A DNA stretch of 59,256 bases, filler included, from Basidioascus undulatus (taxonomy: Eukaryota), in NCBI GenBank assembly GCA_000826855.1. It is 7 parts of 7 records of this genome, joined end to end, with 100 filler letters (N's around TTAATTAATTAA, not from the genome) between each part and the next. Parts side by side here need not be neighbours in the genome. Positions count along the whole stretch, not along the records: positions 7,550 to 14,995 come from JTLS01001554.1; positions 15,096 to 22,540 come from JTLS01001555.1; positions 22,641 to 36,651 come from JTLS01001556.1; 4 more parts are not named here. The stretch is one strand, 5' to 3'. Below are positions 13,406-26,496 of the stretch, in pieces. The translations under genes and the position numbers were made by a program. The notes beneath the pieces were generated by a model. It made no database searches, was not told the origin of the DNA, and saw only the letters and a program-made list of their open reading frames with translations. The stretch's first letter is position 1. Every line of letters starts with the position of its first letter.

Positions 13406-14995
13406 ATGCCCTCGTCGCGTGCAACGTCATCGACGCCGGCGCGGACGTCGCGGACGTCGTCGCCGTCGACGCTCAACAACGTCGTGTCGCAGCTCGTGCG
13501 CGCGTCGATGGGCAGTTCAGCGTCCAACGTCGCAGACGACGACCTAGACCGGCACGTCGCCGAGCTCATCATGAAGGAGGCCAAGGAGCGCGAGAAGCAG
13601 CACATAGTCACCGGTTACCGGGCATTCCTACCTGAGCCGTGCGTGGCGGTCTTGGTTGATTTATCTCCCGAGGCATGCTGCAGCTCACACGATCGCATTC
13701 GCAGGGAAACCAACCGCCCGCGCACGAACCAGCGCTTCCTCCAGTCTGTCATCCGGAACGTCGACGACCACAACTCTGCCCTGCTTAGACAGGAGGAGCG
13801 CGCCGCGGCAGAGAGGCGCCAGGCGCTGGTACGCGAGCGCCTGGAGCGCGCAATGCGCCACCAGCCAGGGGACAGTAGTCGAGAGCGAACGCCCGTGAAT
13901 GTCGAGGATCGTTATAGGAAGAGGAGGAGGGAAGAGGAAGATGAGGACTTTCTGAGCCGGAGGGTTGGGGGTGGGGAGGGGAGGAAGTACAGGGACGACG
14001 GGAGGGTCAGGGAGCGTACGCGAGAGCGTGGGAGGGACGACGACCGGGAGCGCAGCTACTCGAGCGACCGATACAGGGAACGGCACCGCGACTGGGAGCG
14101 CGACCGCGACCGCTCCCGAGACCGGGACCATTCCCGAGATCGCGACCGCCGGCGCCGTGACAGGTCGAGCGAGCGCTCCCGCTCTCCGTCGCGAGAGCGC
14201 TACCGCGCGCGCTCGGCTCATAGCGACTCGTGCGATCGGGACTCGGATCGCGAGCGCGAGAGGAGCAGGACGGACAAGGGCAAGGGCAGGGAACGGGAAC
14301 GGGACGAGCCGAGGCTGGGCTCGCGCGTGGAACGATTGAAGCTGGAGGAGGCTGGGTCCTGGTGCGTCGTTTCTCCTTGGGGAGGCCGAGAGAAGCGTCA
14401 GTGCTTATATTTGCAACGGTGCAGTCGGGGGCCCGCCCCATCATCCGGCCCATCAACCGCCCCATCATCGTCCCCCTCACGCGCTTCCTCGACCCGCCTT
14501 CCCTCGCGCTCCGCCTCCCCCCCGCCCGAGCCCGCCGAACCCTCCACATCCGGCCCGCGTCCACCATCCTCGCCTCCGCCCTCTCCTCCGCCCATCCACA
14601 TCGAATCCAAGATGGACCGGTACTTCGATCCCGACTACGACCCGATGACCGACGTTCCCCTGTCCACCTCCTCCGGGTGGCCGCAGGCGCTCCCGTCCTT
14701 CGACTCGGGCCTGATCGGCTCCGCCGAGTTCGACGAGTGGTCGCGGATGCTGGACGTCATGAAGAGCCGGAAGGCGGACAAAGCGGAGCTCGCGCGCAGG
14801 GCGGAGAACGAGCGCTGGGAGGCCGAGAAGCGCAAGGAGCGTGAGCGCGAGAGCCGCCGGCGCGGCCGGGAGGAGGCGCGGCGCGCGCTCGAGGAGGGCG
14901 GGGAGGAGGCGGCCGAGGAGAGGAGGAAGCGCAAGAAGAGGGAGAAGAAGGAGTACCTCCCCTCTGCATTCTGATGCGTGGAGGGCAGACTAATA
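13406..14995 (+). CDS. Conserved basidiomycete Arg/Asp/Glu-rich nuclear-type protein (3' truncated)
   Basis: Blocks LNNVVSQLVRASMG, DDDLDRHVAELIMKEAK, RTNQRFLQSVIRNVDDHN and SKMDRYFDPDYDP surround an RD/RE/RS dipeptide-rich region. Function unknown; possibly splicing-associated. Confidence 0.75.
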
Positions 14996-15095
14996 NNNNN
15001 NNNNNNNNNNNNNNNNNNNNNNNNNNNNNNNNNNNNNNNTTAATTAATTAANNNNNNNNNNNNNNNNNNNNNNNNNNNNNNNNNNNNNNNNNNNN
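14996..15095. other. Artificial contig linker
   Basis: 44 N + TTAATTAATTAA + 44 N. Confidence 0.99.
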
Positions 15096-17899
15096 GCACG
15101 CGCGAGGGCGTGCGCCTCTCCGTGCCGGACGGGGCGGGGTGGGGCGAGGTGCTGGGCGCGGAAGGAAGGCTGTGGGGGAAGGCGCAGTACCCGGGGAAGA
15201 GGGAGGCGCCGAGATTGAGGAGGTTGCTGAAGGCTGGTGGAGCGGGGGAGTGAGGATGGAAGGAGAAGGCAGAGTGTCATGATATCATGTTGTTGTAGAG
15301 CCAGAGCTTGGATGTGTGCGATGTGCCCCGTCTTTCGATGTGCCCTTTCTTTAGATGTGTTGCGTTGTTGAGCACCACAGGTTGCGTGCGATAAAGCTTA
15401 TATGTGAATGGGACTTGGTGAGATGAGCGTTGGCACTGCGACCCTATCGGATGCTGCAAGTCAGGGGGTTTGAAGATCACACGCAAATTAAGCCCCACAG
15501 ACGAGCTTCAAAGTGTTACCACAGGCTCCACTTAGAATTTTCCTTCAAAAATGGAGGAATCATCCTTGTTTCCACAAGGTGCTCCATGTCGGTTTGAAGG
15601 TGGAAGAGTTGAAGTCGTTCCGCGTCGGCTGCTCGAGGCGGATGTTTGAAGACTCTAGAGTCGAGAAGGATGCTTCAAGTAGACTCAAAGGTGTTATGTA
15701 ATACTTAACATTAATGGCACTGAAGATGGGCAGAGGAAGAGGCAACACAAAATCGCCGCACCGCTTGACCGCTCACAGTCTGCGAGACTACCACCAAGTG
15801 GGAATTGTTGCCAGGCAGGTCATACCGATCTATGAGTTGGACAGAGTCCCAAGACAATATATATGTACTATAAAATTGCACAGCCGGCTGAAGGACCTTC
15901 CATGGAACCGAGGCTAGCAGCAACGCTGGAGTCCTGCAGTGACTGCGAGCGTGCGGTCTTCAGTAACCTGCTCGCCTGAATGCGCTTCTCGAGACCCTCA
16001 TCAACCTTACTCCCTTCTATTTCCGCCGTCTAAATTTTCTTTCGAGGCATCTTGAGGTACGATACGATGTGGGCACGGACGCGGAAACTCGCCCGCATGT
16101 GGAGCCGGTCGTTGCGCTGGTCGGAGAGCTGGAGCGAGTTTACATCGGATGGGCGGGTTCGTCCTGGGTACAAGATGTTCAGAACAGTATTTGTATCTTA
16201 TAAAGTTTATTAAGTCATGCAGGTATTCCGTCAGCTTCTTCGATACTCCGCATGCATGGTCAGGCATGCACAGTGCGCAGCTAGCTCGCATGCTCGCGTC
16301 GGGATGAACGCTTCCACGCTAATTAGCCTAACGGTACACGAGAGCTCAACGTCAGCCTTCTCCCAGGGCCCGCGTTGTTCCCGTCGCCCCATAATCTCGG
16401 TGGCAGCGCGCCTGCTAGAGCACCTCGACGTCGATGGGTCATGCTGTTCTGCCCCTGGCCGCACGCGGAAGCGAGCCAGCGGGACTGCCGGACATTTCCT
16501 CGCTGCGCTCGCTCAAGGTAGGCAACACAAGTCATGAAGGTGCGCTTCCTGCCATCTCTCGAGAAGCTCAATGTCAACGCCAACGACGTGTCGTTCTTCC
16601 TTCACATCTTGCGCAGTCTTCCTCGCCCTGCTGTTCTGCTCGACTTTGAGTTCCATGTCGTAACGAGCTTCGGGACATCGAGGCCCTGCTGCGCTGCTGC
16701 CCTAACCTGGACCGTCTTGTCGCGTAGACAGCGCTGGGCAGCAAAGTGCTTAGTGGGAGGTGAGTCTGCGTTTTGTTCGTGATAGAGTGCACGCTGCTCA
16801 TAACGCCTGACGTGTACGTCGGCTACAGCACCGTGGCGCCCAAGTTCTCTCCGTGGCCTCACGGCTCAATGTTATCAAAATCATTTTCCAGCGTCCTGAC
16901 GACACGTCCCTCGAGAGCTATGACCTCGAGGGCGACGAGTACCGCGACTGTGAGGACTGGCCTTCCGCGTTCTTCCGCCTTGTTCGTAGCGGCCCCCGTC
17001 CCCTTCAATGCTGAAATCGAATTCGAGTTTCGTTTCGAGGGGGGAGATTTCGACCGTATTCCTTCATGTACTAAGCTTTACATGCGTGACATGTAACCAC
17101 AAGAGAATGATGCTTTTTCTTTACGTTTGTGCTAGTTTGGAAAGAAGGAGAATCCAGCGGTCTGCACCTGGACCCACCGAGCGCGGCAGCTTTGATGCTC
17201 GGGGCGAATGCTTGCCGCTCGATGAGCAAAGAAAAGACCTAATATCAATCCGGGCTTCCCATTAGACTCACAGGAACATCTTATACATTATAATGAAGAA
17301 GCACTATCATGGGCATGCCGTACATCGAATCATTCGACGCGGCCGGGCGCACTAAGTTGGACAGACTCGGCGGTAGCAGAGTCGCACTGCATGTTGTCGA
17401 AGATTCAAGGCATTCAGCGGCAAATGATTTCTTTATTAGCCAACCAGCTGAAAATTGCTCACTATAGGGTGTTTTGGGGCTGGAATGGCTGCTCTGTCTG
17501 AGTGCAGCGTCGTACCCATCGTGCCCCTTGAACTTGAAGTCTTAGAAGTATCTACCACGCTCCGGTAGTATCAGACATTGTATCGTATTTGTTGTGTTCT
17601 TTCCCATTTTGAGGGTCAAGGCTCCAAGAGGCGTCCTCTCTCTCGGAGGAAAGAAAAGCAAAACATAATCAGCGGTCACTTTTGACGACTTTTAGCCCTC
17701 TCCCCAGGATCAAGAATCAGAAAATTAGTACCCTTAAAGTTTCTTAAATGGCTGTGGCACTTGGTTATTCCTAGCACAAGCAAGATCCCGAGAGCCTGCG
17801 GGGTGTGCCGCACACCTAGCAGTAGCGGGTAATGTCAAGCGCAGTAGACCAAATCAGAGGGTATCGCCTGGGCTGGAAGAAGAGCCCAACTCATAGGTC

Positions 17900-19100
17900 T
17901 TCTCTTCTTTCATTAGGTCAAGCAAAGATGAAACGGCCGGCAAAGCACAAACCTGCGAAGAAGGTCACAGAGAGCGAGCGACCTCCATCGCTGCGTCAGC
18001 CGGATAAAAACTTGTGTCGGTTGACGCCTTTATAACAGAACATCGTTAGTCCCTTAATGATCAAAATCCACATTAGATACCATAAGCTGGCGGTAAACGG
18101 GACCCTCTGCAATGTAAACCAATGGTAACATCAATCCTCGCGGCCGCTGTACGTCCTCTGGAAACAAACTACCTGCATCCTCCAGAAGATACCTGTGAGC
18201 ATGGTTCATAAACTTCAGCTTATATTCAGGTAGAACCGGCTACATTTCTTGCACACCTCAGCCTTCTACACTTGCGCGGGCTGCATGCCATGTTCAAGCG
18301 GCGGGGTCGAAGCACCTGTACACGATGTCCCTCTGTTCCAGCGCCTTCTTCACTATCGCTACCTGATATCCCTTCACTTCGACCCCCATGTGGTAAGCAC
18401 CACCCTAAAACGTGACTGGCAAGAAAGACGGGAAGAATACAGTCCACGGACGACCTGCACGAGCTCATCCAACGCACCTTGGGTCTCAGACCCGCAGACA
18501 CCGAGGAGCTCCTTGAAAGCGAAAGGCGTAAATCCGTGCTTCTCAAACGGCCCTCGGACGAGCGTGACGTGCTCTTGTCGGCTTTCAAGGCGCTCGACTG
18601 AGATGTACAGCGTGTCCACGTCTTCGATGTCTTCCGTGAAATTGCGATCGATCTTGATCGCGAACTTGCCCTTTTGACAAGGCGAAGTGAGACGTGAGCG
18701 CATTTTCGAGGGAGGATTCCAGGTTCTCCGGGAGATATCCTTATACACAGAGGACCATGTACTGAGGGTTGTCTTACGGATTGAAAACCGGTGATCAAGT
18801 GGGCGGAGTGAGGCGGAGGTTCAGAGGTCAGAAATCGTGGGGTTGGATGAGCGTGATTGTGAGTGCATAGTGACTGAAAAGAGTGCGTTTAATACTCACC
18901 AAAGCTTCGCAGGTGGCAGACTCCGCGTTCAGTGAGACACCCAAATCTCTGAACGAAGACCCATAATTAACGCAAGCAGGCGGAGCGAGAGTGCAGTGGG
19001 GCGAACGCGGGTTGGTGGAGTCGGCGGCCTGCGCAGCGCTGAGGTTGTGCAGGTGGAAGACGACTGCGTGGCACAGAGGAACCGCGAAGCTGACGAGGAA
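17900..19100 (-). CDS. Putative multi-exon gene of unknown function (may be degraded)
   Basis: Exon KGKFAIKIDRNFTEDIEDVDTLYISVERLE…GALDELVQ (about 18455-18750). After a tttag acceptor comes GGAYHMGVEVKGYQVAIVKKALEQRDIVYR, then further short GT-AG-bounded segments. Boundaries uncertain. Confidence 0.35.
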
Positions 19101-19365
19101 GGGCGGGGAGGACCTGTCGGGGGAAATGTGGAGAGAAGGAAGTTGGGAGAAAGGACCAGAGGGAATTGTAATGACCTAGAGAGGGCGCATCGAGCAAAGG
19201 TTGAAAAGCAAAGATTTTACCCCCGGATCTGAGAGTTGCGGCTGTGCAGGAAGCGTTCTCGGAAAGCTTAGCAGTAATTACGGAGGAAGGTTTGTCAGAA
19301 AGTGCCCTTAACGCCGTGTTCGCACAATAAAAACGAAGACGCAGACCGAATGGACTTGCGTCTGC

Positions 19366-20330
19366 TCAGCGGCGAACGATGTCTTTGAAAGTCGGTCGCT
19401 TGGCGGGATCGGCGTCGCAACAGCAAGTGACGAAAGCCCAAATTTCGTCAGATACTCTGACCTCCGAACCGCAGACTTCGGAAGGGCGGGGAGGTCGAAT
19501 TGTTCCCCTGGACGGCGAGCGCGTAGATAAGACCGGGCTCCATGCGGCCAGAGGCGGGCTCTCGGTGAAGATCTGGTATACGAAAGAAATGTGAGGCGTT
19601 GGACAAGCACAAGGCCGGATCATGGAGCGTTCACCTCGATCGCGGTCATAGCGAATGAGTAGACGTCGGTAGGACTGTTGAAGATCTGAGATGATGCGGA
19701 ATGGGTCTCTGTCAGCCTTGGAAGCAGGACTTGAAAGTTGAGGACTTACGCCTTGGAAGCGTTCCGGAGCCATCCAGGCTGGGCTGCCGGAAAGATCTCT
19801 AGAGGCCAGCTCTAACGATCTTGCGGTGCCTCCCTTTCGACTGTGCAGGCTGAAGAGTGAGACACAGCAAGAAGCTGAGGACTTCGCGGATGCAGTCTCG
19901 ACGAGGAGCGGGAGTGAAATTTTGGCGATAACCTGCTCGCGGGCGAGAATGATCTCGGGGGATTCTCTATTAAGCATTCTGAGATGAAGCGAAGGAGCAA
20001 AGGTGGTGTGGAGGAAAGTCGGGAAGACTATCGCTCGACGTTATGCGAAAGTGATTGTTGGATTCCGGAATCTTCTCTCCCGTGCGGACTTGGCAAGCAT
20101 TGAAGCACTTAATAGGGACGCGCTTCAGCGGGACGGCCCTTGAAAGGACGGTGGGCCGACTTCCTGATTTTGCGCAACGTCTGAGCCGGGCCGCCAGTTT
20201 CCTTGTCCGTGGACACGTCCCCAAACCTCCAGCGCAATACGAAGACCCTGTCGCTCTCTTGACAGCATGAAAAACCTTGGAATACCAGTAGTTTGCAGTC
20301 TAGACGCCGATCTCTTCATGGGTTTATGAA
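19366..20330 (-). pseudogene. Degenerate protein kinase (TKL-like) pseudogene
   Basis: GSPAWMAPERF (subdomain VIII), QIFTESPP…RPPRP…DEIWAFVTCCCDADPAKRPTFKDIV (X-XI). Near 20170-20235 the GGFGDV / GNW..SDVA.KI motifs (I-II) are recoverable only with frameshifts. No intact HxD or DFG was found. Confidence 0.7.
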
Positions 20331-22015
20331 AAAGACGATGAACGGTGCGTGTATTTGGACTAGGAGCACTTCGCCGCGTTTCATCAGACAGGGCTGTAAA
20401 ACTGAGCTGGAAGGCACTTTCCGTGTGTACTCCTTTCGTAGCTTGGAGATCGGAAATTCGTATGATTCGGACTTCTGCATTTATCGCGGAGGTATGCAGG
20501 GGTGGGTATGGCTGCCGAGCGGCGACTGCGTCGGAAAACTCGACGGTTCTCTCCATTGCTCGAATCGTCGCTGAGGCCGATGCGACGGCGGTACGGCGGT
20601 ATCGCGTGGCTGCAAAAGGCACGCCAGCGAGCACTGATGGATTCGTGATTTTAACTTGCGGCGGAAGGCTTGGCACTGTTGGTTGTGAGGCCAGATGCAT
20701 AAAGTCCGCACTTGGTGAGGATCACCCCGGTCCATGAAGTCAACCTTTCACCTCTTCGAAGCACCCCGGAGGCACTCCATCCACTCAACAGCTCTTCGAG
20801 CCCAGGTCAGTCCAGAAAGCTTCACTTCCAGTTCTCAATTTTGCTATCGAAGGTTCAGTCTTCAAAGGCGTTCTTGCGGCTAACACTTTCTCAAATATCG
20901 GCTCCTCCAACATCATCGGCCAGATGCCTAGCCTGGGTCAGCATCACCTTAATGCCGAGAGAGTACGCAAGGCAATGAAATCTCTCATTCCGTTGTGTCC
21001 GTCAAGGCTGAATCGAATATCACAGCGGTCGACAGGCGGCCGCACAAGGCCCATGCTTCTCCCATCCGCCATTGACGGTGCGACCACTACATGGGGGTCT
21101 GATCCCAGGACCGGCTATACTTGCAAGAAGTGGGTACTTTAACCTGCCTTCAGCTCACATCTTGGCTCACAAGCCCTGCCCGTGCAAGAAATGTGACTGC
21201 TGAACCACGACTCACCCGTCACTTGTCGCGACCTTTTATGATCCTTTGAGTGCGGCTGTGGGCCTGCATATGGCCCTTTCCCCTGCAGTTCTTGTCCTTG
21301 GTTCTCCGCTCACTCGTTCTTCGTCGTTGTATACCGGTGCGCTTTCGCTTTGTTCATGAGACGGGGTTGCGACATTGCACGATCCTCCACGTCGAGCATG
21401 CCCGCGGCCTGAATAATAGGCGATGGGGAAAGAAATGCATTTAGTACTTGGCATCTGTTCAGCCCCAGACAACATAGAGTGATGCAGGCATGAAAACAGT
21501 AGTGCAGCAGTTGGAGCGCGACGGGCAGGCTTGTGGGGTCAGAAGGCCTCGGGACTGCACGAACCAATTATTATACAGTGAGCAATTTAGTGGTTAGCAA
21601 CAACGTATAGTCGACACACTAGGTATTTCAATCTGCTGAAGTCGGGTCGTCCTAAAACCTGCTCAAACCTGCTCGTCTGGACCACTACTTCATTGTCCCG
21701 CCTCGACTACATCGCATTCTCAGCGTTTTCAACCCGCTCAGCACCTCTGCCTCTACTTGAGAACCGTCGGATCCTAGATAACCAACCTCAAGCTTCGTAT
21801 CAACTCACCATCCACCGCCGCCAGTCGCACGCCAAAGAATCACGTGTGAGCCTCGCCATCTCCCGCGCCTGTTGTTTTCCCGTCTACTTCTCCCCTCTAC
21901 CGCCTCCCTCGTCCGCCCCGTCGTCCTGGTTCACGCTTCATCTTCCACCTTCATCTTGCCTTCTCACCACCATCATCTCCCCTTCCCCACATCCTCCCTG
22001 CCCCCACAGACCGTG

Positions 22016-22540
22016 ATGTCCCTCGCCCCACCCCCGCCTGCGCCGGGCACGCCCCAGCGCACGCCCCAGCGCCGGCGCAAGACCGTCCGCATCGGTGCCG
22101 GGATGCCCCAGCGCCCGGCGCCGCGGTCGTACGAGTCTCTGGAGGATTTGTTGTCGAAGGCGGGGTACAAGGGTCCGTTTCCGCCTTTCCCCTCCCCCTC
22201 CCATCTCCCCCTGCGCCCTTTCTCACCGCCGTTCATTCACCTGAGCAGAAACCCGCATCTTCACGCCCCCCTCCAAGACTGCCCTCCACGCCGCCGCGGA
22301 GGAAGAGGAAGCGCACGAAGAGGCGCAGCAGGAGAACCGTCCGCCCGCGCCTACGCCGCAGGAGAAGGAGAAAGAGAAGGAGAGGCCGTGGGTGCGCCTC
22401 CTGCGCGGGCTCGTCTCCTCGCGGCCCAACAGCACCCACACCGCATCCCTCCCCTCCCGTCGTTCCACGCGCCCGCGCGCTCCGCCCCCATTCGCAAAGA
22501 CCCTCTTCCCCCTGTCCGCTCCCGCCCACGCGCCCCCGCC
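22016..22540 (+). CDS. 5' part of a conserved basidiomycete hypothetical protein
   Basis: MSLAPPPPAPGTPQRTPQRRRKTVRIG…YESLEDLLSKAGYK|ETRIFTPP across one GT-AG intron. Runs into the gap. Confidence 0.6.
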
Positions 22541-22640
22541 NNNNNNNNNNNNNNNNNNNNNNNNNNNNNNNNNNNNNNNNNNNNTTAATTAATTAANNNN
22601 NNNNNNNNNNNNNNNNNNNNNNNNNNNNNNNNNNNNNNNN
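22541..22640. other. Artificial contig linker
   Basis: 44 N + TTAATTAATTAA + 44 N. Confidence 0.99.
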
Positions 22641-23019
22641 TTTTACGGGTAGGAAGGAAAAGAGGGGGTAAGTAGGTAGGTCGACCTGCCCGGCAGAACA
22701 CTGCTGTGATCTTCCGCTGTAAGTCCTTGAGAATGAGGGTAATAATGGGATGCGGATCTGTTACTGGCAAAGATTGATCTTCACTGCAACAGCGTTCTCT
22801 CGTCGTGTTCCGGCAACTGGCGGAAGCACCGGGCCGGCAAGTCTTGACGATCGCGTCCTGTCACGACAAGCCTGGCGAGTAGGCTAAGGTGATGAACTCA
22901 TGACCATCGTGGAGGTTGGAAATGAGCGTGGAACGCTTGCCTACACCTCCATCAGGGTATAAAGCGGCTGGCGTTTCTCTAGAAGGCAACGGTACTCGCC
23001 TTCAACCCGGACTAAAAAC

Positions 23020-25584
23020 ATGCTGGTCCCGGTCTGGTTGCCCCTCATCAACGCATTTTTCTCGCTCTCTCATCAGAGCGCTATTCCTCGGAATGACGAG
23101 GTCACGGACACGTTCGTGGATCTTGGGTACCTCAAGGCTCAGGGATACGTGAATGCCACCTCTGGCCTTCGCATCTGGAAGGCTCTCCCGTATGCCTGGC
23201 CGCCTACAGGTAAGCATCAGAACTCGTGCTTGTACAATCAACCTCAATTGTCTGACTACCTTAGCTCTAGGCGACCAGCGATACCGCCCGCCGCAGGCGC
23301 CCGCGTACGAGCAAGAAGTGCGCAACGCGACGGCTCCGGGACCGACTTGCCTGAACGGAATCCGAGGTGGAAACCCTGCTACCTTTTCTGCAGTGTTAAA
23401 TGAACCGAAACAAAGTGAAGGTGGGTCCCTACAGTCTATCAGCTGCTTTGTTGTTCTTCCGCTGAACGGCTGCGAACGGCAGACTGTCTCACGCTCGATA
23501 TCTATTCGCCCCCGGGCGCGGAGAACCTGGCTGTATATGTCTACATCCATGGTAAGCATCAAATATACCTATAGCTGTGACGAGCGAAACTCTGACATGC
23601 ATACGCTCGTCACGTCTAGGCGGTGGCTATCTGACCGGCGGAAGCTCCTCGGTGGACCCTACCAACATTGTTCAGCTCTCGAACAACTCCATTGTAAGTT
23701 AAAACCTACTGCCCAAATTATGGAATTATGATTTTCACGATTTTTCCAGGTGGCTGTCGCACTGCAATATCGCCTCGGAGCCCTTGGTTTCCTCGGCGGT
23801 AAAGAGCTTCTCGACGAGGGAGCTACTAATCTAGGGTTGCTTGATCAAGGTGCTGTACCTTGGTTTATACTTTCAGAATAACTTCCTTCTAATATGTGAT
23901 TCCCGGATCTGGAAGCTTTCGCCCTGCAGTGGGTGCAAGACAACATCGCACGCTTCGGCGGAGGTCCGTTTCTGTCTACCATCTCTGGGAGAGTTTGGGA
24001 AGCTGAGCTTCTCTTTCATCCACCACAGACCAATCTCGAGTGGTGAGCATCCACGTAGACCCAGTCGATTGTCGCACCAAACAGCTAACCGACGTGACAA
24101 CAGACTATACACGGTGAAAGCGCCGGCGCCGGGTCGGTTATGCATCAGTCTCGTACGTTGTTCAAGTTCTTGCAGTTGAGAAGTGTTGTCTCACCTGCAT
24201 TACTTAAAATAGTGGCGTACGGTGGTCGCACCCAAAGTTTGTTCCGGGGGGCAGCCATGCAGTGCGTAGCGCTTTCGAGTGCACCCTCCACAGCTTTACG
24301 GGCGCGCTCAGACAAACTTGCCGGAACACAGCTCAAACTACATCCCGCCTATCTTCAAATGCGACGCGTCCCAGGTGGAGGACATATTCGACGAGTTCAC
24401 TCGGATCGCCGGGTGCAGTACCGCCGACAACAAGCTTGCGTGCCTCCGCTCTGTCGATTCAAACATCCTCCGGCGCTCAAACGCGCAGATGTCCCTCTTC
24501 CGTCTGCCCGGCGACTTCGTAAGTGACTTTCAAAAAGTCCTTATTGAGCTTGTGCTGACTTCTCCCCAGACCTTCTATCCCTGCATCGACGGACCTGGCA
24601 AATTCATAGAGGGCCCGCCGTCGCAGGCGTTGCTCGATGGAAAAGTGAGCGCGAAAGCGGCACTCGTATCAAAGTATACAGGAATTTCATTCTTTAACAT
24701 GCAACTTGAGTACTCACGAATTCTGTTTCAGTAACCTGAACGAGGTACCTGCTCCCCTAACAGCCTCATTTGCGGCAGTCAACTGACGCATTCTCAACAG
24801 GCCGAGATTTTCTTGCCTCCGGCCTCGGCATTCCCCGACGACACAACCGAAACTTTCCAGTGAGCCCCCTAAGTTACCTTTTGATTAAATCTAACTGGAG
24901 AGTGCAGCCACTTCGTCTCTGTGTACTATCCCCAGCTTGCCGAGGACCGACTAGCCGAGATCGACGAGCTGTATCCTGAGGACGCCTACGAGAGCGCCCG
25001 GGCTCGGCTGTCGGCGCTGTGGGCGGACACTACATGTTCGTGTTATTTATTGCTGAAAAATGAGACCTGTTCTGACTGCATCTCTCTTTCGGCAGTCGTT
25101 TGTCCGAGCTACTGGTTTGCGCAGGCGTTCACTGTGTCTGCAGACAAGAAGGCATTCAAGCAGCTGTACGCTGTTCCTCCCTCTCGCCATGGTGAGCTTA
25201 TGTTCTGTCGTAGCTTTGGAGAGAATCCCTTCAAATACTGATCTAATCGAACCCTCAGCGGATGATCTACAATGGTACACCCGCACAGGGCCGACGACCT
25301 ACACGTCCCCCGACTTCGTGCAAGACTTCACCGGCGCCATCAGCTCTTTGGTCCTCTCGCTCGATCCCAACACACTCCGCGGCCCATCGACTCCAGTCTG
25401 GACGCAGTTTACCGGATTGTCCAACTCTACAGAACTCCAGTTCAACGTGAGTGTTTCGGCAGCTCCAGGAGTTGCCGGCAGCGCAGGACCTACGGCGGAG
25501 CCGGATGTCACTGTCCAATCCGCCACGGCCCAGCTCTCGATTTGTGATCGATGGCGGAAGCTGGCAGCCAGCGTTCCTCAGTAA
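23020..25584 (+). CDS. Secreted type-B carboxylesterase/lipase (alpha/beta hydrolase), many introns
   Basis: VDLGY..AQG, ALPYAWPPTGDQRYRPPQAP, SEDCLTLDIYSP, VYVYIHGGGY, LQYRLGALGFLGG, NLGLLDQ..ALQWVQDNIARFGG, YGESAGAGSV (nucleophile Ser near 24118), FYPCIDG, PPSRH.DDL. Confidence 0.92.
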
Positions 25585-26496
25585 TTTTACTCTACTCCTA
25601 TTTCACGCTGGGTGGATCGTCGTTAGTGGAAATGCAGAACGAAGTTATAATCTCGCGGATTGCCGAAGCCTGTTTGCTCGTCTAATGGGCGGTTACGCTC
25701 TGATGTAACCATAGGCAGTGTACATCACATAATACAATAATACTAATTACCAGTTTCATGCTCATGTCATCCCAAAATTGCCTTTCGACCGCCCGTGTAA
25801 CCTTGCGGGACCAAGCTCATGCAGTGCGGCGCCTTGAATTGCGTGCGAGCGCGTACCTTCGCAAAAATCATGAAAAAGGTGAGCACCGATTACCGCAAAC
25901 TATCCATTTTAAAGGCAGTTGCATGCTTGTCGTACATTGGTGCATACATGTACACAACATGTACAGGATTGAGAGGAAGGCGAGCACGAGAAACGGGCTT
26001 TACCTTCCTGAGCGTCCGCCGCACTTGCTCCGCACGGCGTTCGCATGTCTTTCTTCTTTCCGTACTGGCCCCGTCGTTTTATTTTGACGGGCAGGAACTA
26101 CCGGCGGAAAAGCCGTTGCTCTCCCCCGGTCAGGAAAGATCATGATCAACCGCAGACGTTGATACTCAATCCGTGGCGAGTCCTCCCTGGCCGCTTCAAA
26201 ACCAACACTCGAGCTCAAGGCAGCTGGTCGTTGTCCACTCTCAGCCATAAGACGTGCTGAACGCTCCAGCTTTCGATCGCCCCTCGCAACAATCGAGATG
26301 GCCATCCAAAATGAGAAAACGGCCGTGTGACATGGCGTCATCTTCGTCTTCCCCACACAACAGGGTGGAGGCAGGTACAAAAGTCGCATGCGGCACGGCG
26401 AGAAGACTGCCCGCGTCGCGCTGGCAGCAGCACCTTGATAACCAACCACCACCTTCTCCCACTCGTTCACTCACACCACTAACTAGCATCCTCATC

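Noticed and set aside
13950..14310. Repetitive GACCGC/GAGCGC stretch
   Set aside because: Encodes the RD/RE dipeptide region of the protein and is not an independent repeat.
15277..17100. Short ORFs with LRR- or F-box-like wording (e.g. FLPSLEKLNVNANDVSFFLHIL)
   Set aside because: Could be gene relics, but I could not assemble a consistent model or assign a family.
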